DNA from: a virus
Lineage: Duplodnaviria > Caudoviricetes
Length of the DNA stretch: 31,615 bases
Strand: one strand, 5' to 3'
IMG/VR virus record: IMGVR_UViG_3300027697_000053
Span: 1-31,615 of that record
Position numbers and translations under genes: made by a program. Shown here one piece after another: positions 25,143 through 31,615 of the stretch (positions are counted from its first letter, which is position 1; each line of letters starts with the position of its first letter). A model generated the notes under the pieces. The model was not told the origin of the DNA. It made no database searches and worked only from the letters and a program-made list of their open reading frames with translations.

Positions 25143-26483
25143 TTATACTAATGCAAAATTTAGGGCGTTTAACAGGGCATCCTGCAAATTTATTTTTCCG
25201 TCCAATACCTTAATTACCTGCTCGTCGATGCTGTTAGATACGGCTAGGTGGTGGATAATGACGGGTTTATCTTGGCCTTGGCGGTAGATTCGTGCGTTTG
25301 CCTGGATGTAGTTCTCACTGCTCCAGGGTAGGTCATACCAGACGGTCTGCGCCGTCTCACCTACGTTGCACTGTAAGTTCAGGCCAATGCCACCAGACTG
25401 CGGGTGGGCTAATAGCATACGGATCTTACCATCGCGCCATGCTTGGATGTTGTTATCGTCTAGTACCACTGCGTGGGGGAACTGATCTTGGATCCGTTGC
25501 AGTGAGTGCTTGAAGTGATAGAACACCAGCGTGGGCGCCGATGACTCCTCCATAATCGACTCGAGGTACTCCAGCTTGGCGCGGTGGACTTCCTGCCACG
25601 ATCCATCCTCTGCGTAGACTGCGCCGGATGTGAACTGCAATAGCTTACCGGCCAGTGCTGCGGCTGTTGGCGCGGTGATTGTCTCCGATCCAATATCTGC
25701 CACCATATCCTTTTTAAGTGTGTCGTATTGTTTACGCTCTGCCGTGGTTATGTCTACCTTGTGATACAGTTCGGTTAATTTTGGCAGTGTCAAATAATCC
25801 TCGGCCTTTAGGCTAAAACAAATATCCGCGATCTTGTCCTGGATAACCTTGTCCATGCCCTGCTTTATCCTCCAACTATATACCACGCGTGTATGGCGGT
25901 TAAATTGGTCCGGCTCCATGTACTTATCTCTGAACCGGGTCAGGGACGTCTCTAAACGGCTCCCTAAGTCTAATATACCCACCTGGGACCAGAGATCTCC
26001 GATGCCCTGGGGGGTGGGTGTACCTGTGAGGATTAAACGCCTCTGGAAGCCCTTTAAATGCTTTTTAAGTGCCTTAAATCGCTTGGTGCTGGGGTCCTTA
26101 AACCGGCTGGACTCGTCAATCACTAGGTTTTGAAATACTGCCTCGGGCTGTTCCAGTAGCCAAATCAAGTTCTCGAGATTGACTACGTACACGTTCGAAG
26201 AACTCCTCAACGCTGTTAACCGTTGAGCCGGTGTCCCCAGGATCTTGGCTATCTTTAGGTGTTGCAGGTGATTCCATTTCTTTGCCTCCGCGTCCCATAC
26301 TGTCTCCGCTACCCTCTTTGGCGCTACGATAAGAGTTTTCCCCTTGAGTTGCTCCGCGATAATCGTTAGCGTCGTTGCTGTTTTCCCAAGTCCAGGGGGA
26401 AGAAACAGACCCAAGTTCGGCACCAACTGCGCCTGCGATATGAGTTCCTGTTGGTACTGGTGTAGGTTTGATCTTAAAAGCAT
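25143..26483 (-). CDS. SNF2-like (SF2) helicase
   Basis: PGLGKT Walker A, DESS, LTGTP, HPQSGGIGLNLQ, QANARIYRQGQ. Confidence 0.92.
   Translation of the reverse strand: MLLRSNLHQYQQELISQAQLVPNLGLFLPPGLGKTATTLTIIAEQLKGKTLIVAPKRVAETVWDAEAKKWNHLQHLKIAKILGTPAQRLTALRSSSNVYVVNLENLIWLLEQPEAVFQNLVIDESSRFKDPSTKRFKALKKHLKGFQRRLILTGTPTPQGIGDLWSQVGILDLGSRLETSLTRFRDKYMEPDQFNRHTRVVYSWRIKQGMDKVIQDKIADICFSLKAEDYLTLPKLTELYHKVDITTAERKQYDTLKKDMVADIGSETITAPTAAALAGKLLQFTSGAVYAEDGSWQEVHRAKLEYLESIMEESSAPTLVFYHFKHSLQRIQDQFPHAVVLDDNNIQAWRDGKIRMLLAHPQSGGIGLNLQCNVGETAQTVWYDLPWSSENYIQANARIYRQGQDKPVIIHHLAVSNSIDEQVIKVLDGKINLQDALLNALNFALV
25146..25157 (-). promoter_or_regulatory. TTTGCATTAGTA motif, copy 8 (inside the last codons of the helicase)
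   Basis: Exact 12-mer, 9 nt upstream of ATG 25136. Confidence 0.8.
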
Positions 26484-26955
26484 TTAGCACTTCCTTACGT
26501 TTGTCATGTAACCAATCTGCTACTGCGTACAGTTCTACTTCGGTTGCGTCTGATTTTATTCTATTGGCTATGTCTGATATCCAAACAACATTGCCCTCAA
26601 CGTATCCTAGTTCGGGAATTATTCTATCCAGCGTGGGTGAGTCTTTTGTTTTGTTACCTAAACCAAACCGTTGCCATTCAAATGGTGTTTTAAATACTGG
26701 ACATACATCTGTTTTTATGCTTTCTAAATATTTAACAGTTAGATTAAACGGAACTTTTTGAATTGCTGCCGTTCGTTTGTACCCACCAAGGCGAACTTGC
26801 ATTGCAGTTTTATTTAAATCTACGACCCATCTTTCTTCTAAGTATCCTGTTTTTTTAACCATTATTTTGTTACTGTAGCCGGTAAAAAACATTCCGTCTT
26901 CTCTTCTGTCACCCCGTTTAAAAGGTTTTCCAGTTTTAGGATTTAGTCGTTTCAC
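26116..26955 (-). CDS. HNH-like (His-Me finger) endonuclease, probable homing endonuclease; 3' part overlaps the helicase
   Basis: GTG 26955 with GAGGAG RBS; FNLT, CPVF, SPTLDRIIPELGYVEGNVVWIS..ANRIK; visibly AT-rich over 26490-26950. Confidence 0.75.
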   Translation of the reverse strand: MKRLNPKTGKPFKRGDRREDGMFFTGYSNKIMVKKTGYLEERWVVDLNKTAMQVRLGGYKRTAAIQKVPFNLTVKYLESIKTDVCPVFKTPFEWQRFGLGNKTKDSPTLDRIIPELGYVEGNVVWISDIANRIKSDATEVELYAVADWLHDKRKEVLNAFKIKPTPVPTGTHIAGAVGAELGSVSSPWTWENSNDANDYRGATQGENSYRSAKEGSGDSMGRGGKEMESPATPKDSQDPGDTGSTVNSVEEFFERVRSQSRELDLATGTARGSISKPSD

Positions 26956-27211
26956 GTATAAACTCCTCAATATCGTCGTATGATCGTAGTATGTGTACCG
27001 GAAAGCCGGCCTCGCCGAGCTGATCAAATACTAAGACCTGCCTAGGCGATAGCTTTCCGTCTGCTGTCTTTAGCTCAACCAAGTGGACCTGATTGTTCAG
27101 AAACACTAGCCGATCCGGCACCCCCGCCACTGTGGATATCCACTTGAACGTTAGTCCCTTGCTTTGTGTTACCTTTTTTACGAGATATTTTTCGATCTGC
27201 TTTTCTAGCAT
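26936..27211 (-). CDS. VRR-NUC domain nuclease
   Basis: EK.IE.YL, GVPDRLV, VELKT..GKLS..Q. Confidence 0.9.
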   Translation of the reverse strand: MLEKQIEKYLVKKVTQSKGLTFKWISTVAGVPDRLVFLNNQVHLVELKTADGKLSPRQVLVFDQLGEAGFPVHILRSYDDIEEFIRETTKS

Positions 27212-27596
27212 TATTATTTTTCTCCGCCATCGTTATCTTAAACAATTGTCGTACCAGTGACTCGCTAAGATAGGCGCGCGTCTCTCCCTTGATGCCATCA
27301 TCCTCGCCGATGTACTCGGCCAAGTGATCAATTGCGTGACTGACCTCGTGCGCAATCGCGCCGACTACCTCGTCGATGCCGTCGGTGAGCGCCTCTAAGT
27401 TAAACACTAGGATAACCAACGCGTCCTGTCCATCACCGATTAGGTGCGTCTCTGCTACGCCAATGTCCAAGGCCTCGGCCTTCATCGTGACCTTGTGGTC
27501 TTTTAGGATCTGTTGGAATACAGTGTTTGAAAAACATACCTTCATCACGTCGGGATAAAACCCAACGTCTAGTTTGTAGTAGTCGTATTTTTTCAT
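27075..27596 (-). CDS. Hypothetical protein with HExxH (zincin-like) motif
   Basis: AIAHEVSHAIDH followed by ETRAY; C-terminal tail overlaps VRR-NUC by 137 nt. Confidence 0.6.
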   Translation of the reverse strand: MKKYDYYKLDVGFYPDVMKVCFSNTVFQQILKDHKVTMKAEALDIGVAETHLIGDGQDALVILVFNLEALTDGIDEVVGAIAHEVSHAIDHLAEYIGEDDGIKGETRAYLSESLVRQLFKITMAEKNNNARKADRKISRKKGNTKQGTNVQVDIHSGGGAGSASVSEQSGPLG

Positions 27597-27844
27597 TCTA
27601 AAAACACTGGCGTGGTCTCGCCCACCCAGGCCCCCTTCATGTTGAACTCCATGTACTCGATGGCCTCTTCCTCTGTCATGCCGTCGTGCTCCATTAACAA
27701 ACGTATTACCTTATCGGTGCTGTAACATACTGCCTCTAATCCAATGCGTGTCACCACGCCCATGATGGCGGAGTCGAGGTAGTCGGGGTCCATCACCAAC
27801 AGGTCTGGGTACTGCTCTGATAATTCTTCGCGTCTTGTGTTCAT
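27593..27844 (-). CDS. Phage hypothetical protein, 83 aa
   Basis: D.AI.G...CYS..K.I..L...GMT.EEA.EY.EFN..GAWVGE.TP pattern; coupled stops and starts. Confidence 0.8.
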   Translation of the reverse strand: MNTRREELSEQYPDLLVMDPDYLDSAIMGVVTRIGLEAVCYSTDKVIRLLMEHDGMTEEEAIEYMEFNMKGAWVGETTPVFLE

Positions 27845-28077
27845 TAATGCCTCGTCTTCTTTTGTTTGTATTCAAGCATGCTGATAATCTCCGCCTGCTC
27901 CTCTTCGGATAACTCCTCGACTGGCGTGGAGTAATCGATTATCTCTCCGCTCTCTGCCAACTCAAAGATGCCGGCGATAAACGCGTCGAGCTCTTCCTGT
28001 GTCAGGTCCGCGTCCTCTGCGAGATCGTCGAACACACCCTCATCAAACACTACTTTAAACGGAGGCTTCTTTTGCAT
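27844..28077 (-). CDS. Acidic hypothetical protein, 77 aa
   Basis: CAGGAG RBS; TAATG coupling. Confidence 0.7.
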   Translation of the reverse strand: MQKKPPFKVVFDEGVFDDLAEDADLTQEELDAFIAGIFELAESGEIIDYSTPVEELSEEEQAEIISMLEYKQKKTRH

Positions 28078-28246
28078 GTTTCATTTTCTCCTGTGCGATG
28101 TGTTCTTTTAAAATCGCTATTACGCCAATTTCGATCAGCTTGCCCTTGGTGTAGTCGTCCATGTCCACCTCACAATTAGCCGAGCCGTCCTCGTTTTCGC
28201 TGAGTGTTTTGATGGTAAATTTAAACTCTTCTTTTTTACGTTTCAT
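28055..28246 (-). CDS. Hypothetical protein, 63 aa
   Basis: ENEDGSA motif; ATGA overlap. Confidence 0.7.
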   Translation of the reverse strand: MKRKKEEFKFTIKTLSENEDGSANCEVDMDDYTKGKLIEIGVIAILKEHIAQEKMKHAKEASV

Positions 28247-28443
28247 TTTATTCCGTGCCTCCGTTCTATCGCGCGGGCAAACGCAATTATGTCGCCCTCG
28301 GTTTGCATTCTAATCCCTGTAATCTCTTCATTTGTAAGAGGTTTTGACTTGTAGATTCCGCATAAAACTGGCCTTGGATCCGCGACTACGGCGTCCTCAT
28401 AGCCTGGTTGCCAGGGTGCCTCTGCTACATAATTTGGTTTCAT
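28243..28443 (-). CDS. Hypothetical protein, 66 aa (PLT.EEI...FARAIE..HGI motif)
   Basis: Start moved to ATG 28443 (GAGGAG RBS). Confidence 0.7.
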   Translation of the reverse strand: MKPNYVAEAPWQPGYEDAVVADPRPVLCGIYKSKPLTNEEITGIRMQTEGDIIAFARAIERRHGIK

Positions 28444-28616
28444 TCTATCTCCTCGTACCATCCACGTACATAAAAACTATCGCCGAAGTCTTCAATTAAC
28501 TTCTCGGGATAACCATTGTCAATTAGCCACTTACAGGTGTCATCGACGTGCTCGGGGATCTCTTTTGGGAATCCGTACTTCCACCCGCTTGGCGGGTCAA
28601 TCATTTTAACTTTCAT
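28440..28616 (-). CDS. Hypothetical protein, 58 aa (IDPPSGWKYGFPK motif)
   Basis: Start moved to ATG 28616. Confidence 0.7.
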   Translation of the reverse strand: MKVKMIDPPSGWKYGFPKEIPEHVDDTCKWLIDNGYPEKLIEDFGDSFYVRGWYEEIE

Positions 28617-28782
28617 TTTTAATCCCGTGATGTTGTTCAACTGTTCGCACAAAGTCGCGCATGTTCCACATCTTGTTTGTTTTGTTTAGTGTGGTGACCA
28701 TTTCGTTGATCTGTGCGTCTGTCATTGGCGTGCGGTTTACTGCGTCTTCGTATTCCTGTACTGTGTGGTAGTGTGTGTCCAT
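28606..28782 (-). CDS. Hypothetical protein, 58 aa (PMTD.QI...FVR.VE..HGI; paralog-like to 28243-28443)
   Basis: Start moved to ATG 28782 (CAGGAG RBS). Confidence 0.65.
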   Translation of the reverse strand: MDTHYHTVQEYEDAVNRTPMTDAQINEMVTTLNKTNKMWNMRDFVRTVEQHHGIKNES

Positions 28783-28783
28783 A

Positions 28784-29032
28784 TTATCTCCTGAATCGTG
28801 TTGCCGGTTTGCGTTTGCCAAATCTTACGTATATCTTTAAAGCACACAGGCGCCCGTAAGTTTGGTTGCGCCACCCCTGCGAGGCCCTGCGGTACATCTG
28901 CATTTTGGTGCGCTTGTAATGACTTGGCTTTCCGTCTTTGTTAATGAATACAGTGCGACGATGGCCCACCCTGCCAAAGATTTCAGTAAAGCCATTGCGC
29001 AGGGTGGTCCTCCTGAAGTTAAACTTTTTCAT
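28784..29032 (-). CDS. Arg/Lys-rich hypothetical protein, 82 aa
   Basis: Fits between its neighbours; no recognised motif. Confidence 0.5.
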   Translation of the reverse strand: MKKFNFRRTTLRNGFTEIFGRVGHRRTVFINKDGKPSHYKRTKMQMYRRASQGWRNQTYGRLCALKIYVRFGKRKPATRFRR

Positions 29033-29165
29033 CGGGCTTGTGGTTTAACATAAACTCGGCGTATTGCCACGCCTGTTGTCCCGCCATTGACGGCGCCTCC
29101 CCGCGCGCAACTAGCCCCATCAACGCCAGACCTGCAAAAAACATCAACTCATCTTTGTTATCCAT
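29019..29165 (-). CDS. Small hypothetical protein, 48 aa (MDNKDELMFFAGLALMGLVARG...)
   Basis: Hand-translated; TAATG coupling to the primase, AAGGA RBS; FAG.A..GL...A..YA..ML pattern. Confidence 0.7.
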   Translation of the reverse strand: MDNKDELMFFAGLALMGLVARGEAPSMAGQQAWQYAEFMLNHKPDEKV

Positions 29166-31477
29166 TAGTATCCTTCCGTTTCAAATGTTTCAACTGTTTT
29201 TAAGTACTCGCCGGCCGATGTGTTAAATCGTAGCCCCAAGTAGATCGGGGTACGACTACCTTCGGACCGGCTTTCGCCTGCCTCGATGCGTTTCTCCTGT
29301 GTCGCGGCCAAGAACCTGCGCTTGAATGACATCTCCGAGCCAGGTGGCAGGCTACGTTTAAGCGCCCACCTCTTCCAACACAGGAACACGTCGTCCTTCT
29401 TAACCTGTGACACTGGGTCAAACACAAACGTGTCCTCCACGAATGAGTTCAGTGGGTTGCCCAACTGCTCCATCAACAGCAACAACTGACGCCCCGACTG
29501 TGGTTGTATGAAGTGCCCGCCACGTGCCAGTCTGCGATCAAGTCCGGCCATCGCCCAGTTAAAGATACCGGCCAACTCGCCGGATAGCTTATTAAACAGG
29601 TCGGTGTCCTCGTTGTCGTAGAATGACTTGGTCATGCGTAGCACCAACATACGGCCGGTGAGCGCATTACTGTTCTCGGTTAATTGCAACGCCTCGTTCG
29701 AGTATACGATGATACGCGTTGGCAGATAGCCCGACCATGCCTCCTTATTTTTGCGATTAACGGTGACAGTATCACCACCCACAATACGCAACAACTGGCT
29801 AACGACAGCGCTACGATTACGCTCAGGTGCACGAGCGTCAGTAAATGAGGCAAGGGGTTTTCCAAGCCATGGTTGTAAGCCAAATGTATCACAGAGCTCC
29901 TCCAATTGTGGTGCGACGGTGTTGTGCTGTCCGAATAACGACACGAGCACCTTGTTGATCGTGCCCTTACCGCTACGTCGTGGACCAATTACGTTAAAAA
30001 ACTTCTGCTGTCTCGTGTCTCCCGACAGAATGTAGCCGAAGATCTCTTGCAGTGCGTCGATCGACTCTTGATCGTCTTCCCATATTGACTGTAAGAATGC
30101 GTCCCACTGTGGGCAGGTCGCGCCTTGGTCGTACTTAAATGGTAGCGAGTGCTGTGTAAAGAACCCAAGCGAGTGTGGCAGTAAGATTTTGTCCTCTAGG
30201 TGAAAGAGGCCATTCTTGACGCTGATCAACTTCGAGGCGTCGGGTTTATTTGCCTGATACTCTTCAAACCAAATCGGTGGCTTGGTGTTTGCGTGATTGG
30301 GTAAATGCACGATCGACTTAATCGCATCCATAGAGGCCGAGACGCTCGCCGGTGACGGGTTAAACGGCACCAAGGCACCGCCCTTGGCAGGTTTCTTACA
30401 CTTATCAAGGAACGCATATAACTTCGAGCGTATCGTTGCCTCCTCGATAATCTCGTAGTGCGTGCCGGCGTGTATAAAAAAGTCTTCCGCGTAGTGCACT
30501 AGCCGGTAGCCCTCCTCGCTGGAGTAGAGCGCATCGAGAAAGGTGCGTGCGTGATTCATCGCGCCCGAGTCGAGTACTATCTCGCCCCGAGCGAGCGCAT
30601 CCGCCCTCTCTTTCTGATTGACCTTAAAGATGATGCTCCGTAGAGTCGCGCCACCACTCTTGAACGTGCGCCACTTACTCTCACAGCTATTCATGCCGGT
30701 TGATGCGTACTTGCCGGATTGCGAGCTCCAACGATCCCACAGTTCACAGGCCTCGACGTCACCGCCAAACTGGTGGAAGAGCGCAAATCCCACGCCCATC
30801 CAGTCTGTGTACCCGCAGTCGGGGTCGAGCTTGGATAGTAGCTCCATCTCGACTCGGTGCAGGTCGTAGCCCTCTACCGGTGGCACGTAGTCCGCGAACG
30901 CGTCGCCTGTCACGTGCAGTGCACGCTCGGGTATGAACGCCGAGAGATCCTGCGCCTCGGTTGGTATCGTACCGCCTAGGTAGTGGCCGGTGACTGTGAA
31001 GAACCTACCCTGTGGGTAGATCTCTAGCCCTTGGCTGTGGTCGACGTGGGCGTGCGCTAGATCGGCGCGGGTAAATATCTTAATGCCAGTGCCCGATGGT
31101 GAGACCTCGTGGTATCCAAGTAGCTCGTCGGATATATGTTGCAGTGCAGCATTTGTGAAACGCGAGGTGGTATGGTCAAAGCAGTCGTCTAAGTCCACGC
31201 CGATTAGGTTGTCGGTTTGGGTGAATACAAACCCGATACCCGCAAACTTCTCGGGGTCTTCCTCGTAGGCGTGTTGGACTGACGGGAAGTCTGTCCACGT
31301 CGTCGGGTTGGTTGACGAGGCGGGTTGTCCACTTACCTGCGTTGGCAGTTTAGACCACCGCTTGTTGCCCTCGTCGCCTACCTCGACAAGGCGCCACAGT
31401 ACCCACCTAGGGATTCGTTTCAATTCCAGTGGTATCGTGGCAAATTGCACGGGTAAACAAATTGGTTTATCTGTCAT
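29165..31477 (-). CDS. Primase-polymerase (NrS-1-like AEP) + PriCT-2 + D5/SF3 helicase
   Basis: GIGFVF, GVDLDDC, EVSPSGTG, EIY..RFFTVTG; W..VG.AL...WD.WS..KY..KW.TF; Walker A GPRRSGKGT; AAGGA RBS. Confidence 0.9.
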   Translation of the reverse strand: MTDKPICLPVQFATIPLELKRIPRWVLWRLVEVGDEGNKRWSKLPTQVSGQPASSTNPTTWTDFPSVQHAYEEDPEKFAGIGFVFTQTDNLIGVDLDDCFDHTTSRFTNAALQHISDELLGYHEVSPSGTGIKIFTRADLAHAHVDHSQGLEIYPQGRFFTVTGHYLGGTIPTEAQDLSAFIPERALHVTGDAFADYVPPVEGYDLHRVEMELLSKLDPDCGYTDWMGVGFALFHQFGGDVEACELWDRWSSQSGKYASTGMNSCESKWRTFKSGGATLRSIIFKVNQKERADALARGEIVLDSGAMNHARTFLDALYSSEEGYRLVHYAEDFFIHAGTHYEIIEEATIRSKLYAFLDKCKKPAKGGALVPFNPSPASVSASMDAIKSIVHLPNHANTKPPIWFEEYQANKPDASKLISVKNGLFHLEDKILLPHSLGFFTQHSLPFKYDQGATCPQWDAFLQSIWEDDQESIDALQEIFGYILSGDTRQQKFFNVIGPRRSGKGTINKVLVSLFGQHNTVAPQLEELCDTFGLQPWLGKPLASFTDARAPERNRSAVVSQLLRIVGGDTVTVNRKNKEAWSGYLPTRIIVYSNEALQLTENSNALTGRMLVLRMTKSFYDNEDTDLFNKLSGELAGIFNWAMAGLDRRLARGGHFIQPQSGRQLLLLMEQLGNPLNSFVEDTFVFDPVSQVKKDDVFLCWKRWALKRSLPPGSEMSFKRRFLAATQEKRIEAGESRSEGSRTPIYLGLRFNTSAGEYLKTVETFETEGY

Positions 31478-31496
31478 AGTTTCCTTTCTTCACACT

Positions 31497-31508
31497 TACT
31501 AATGCAAA
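31497..31508 (-). promoter_or_regulatory. TTTGCATTAGTA motif, copy 9
   Basis: Exact 12-mer, 19 nt upstream of the primase ATG. Confidence 0.8.
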
Positions 31509-31523
31509 TTTTTGGGTGCTGAT

Positions 31524-31540
31524 ATTTCACAATGTGAAAT
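31524..31540. promoter_or_regulatory. Perfect inverted repeat ATTTCACA-A-TGTGAAAT, operator-like
   Basis: Read directly; just upstream of motif copy 9. Confidence 0.5.
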
Positions 31541-31615
31541 GAGTTGCTGTAAGTCCTTGATGTTTGACGGGGATGCGGGGGTTGCGGGGGTTAATTCCAG
31601 TTTACCCTCTATCTT

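Noticed and set aside
383-31502. Numerous antisense or alternate-frame ORFs in the track (e.g. 383-748, 3788-4264, 10174-10767, 21047-21460)
   Set aside because: Shadows of well-supported genes, without RBS or motifs.
170-31508. 12-mer or 23-bp repeats as a CRISPR array, with DUF2800 as Cas4
   Set aside because: The repeats are dispersed or coding, with no repeat-spacer periodicity; DUF2800 is a standard phage replication-module nuclease.
1-31615. Alternative genetic code, introns or inteins
   Set aside because: PolA, RNR, helicase and primase are uninterrupted and of normal length under the standard code; all three stop codons are used as stops.

Overview
About 31.6 kb of a tailed dsDNA bacteriophage genome with podovirus-like architecture. 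It has two convergent arms that meet with zero spacing at 15855/15856. The + arm (1-15855) encodes two endolysins, a Lys/Gly-Gly-repeat basic protein, tail adaptor/nozzle-like proteins and internal virion (ejection) proteins. The last two + arm genes are mosaics of domains, including an ADP-ribosyltransferase-like domain, separated by a recurring xx[K/E/D]GG linker. The - arm (15856-31477) encodes a primase-polymerase/SF3 helicase, many small ORFs, a VRR-NUC nuclease, an HNH-like endonuclease, an SNF2 helicase, a sigma-region-4-like protein, a terminase-small-subunit-like protein, a DUF2800 nuclease, a DUF2815 SSB, a class II RNR and a family A DNA polymerase. Three main observations: (1) an 81-nt non-coding gene at 22879-22959 (-) that is a complete tmRNA tRNA-like domain (G3:U70 Ala acceptor stem, encoded CCA, UUCGAC/GGAC junction, alphaproteobacterial-type GGCAGUA T-loop) with no mRNA-like domain, i.e. 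a candidate phage 'mini-tmRNA'; (2) an exact 12-mer, TTTGCATTAGTA, found nine times, always co-oriented upstream of a gene and sometimes fused to a terminator, with a candidate sigma4-like reader; (3) a shared Gly-Gly motif that may define a polyprotein or cargo-cassette system in the virion proteins. All family calls come from motif recognition by eye; no database searches were run.
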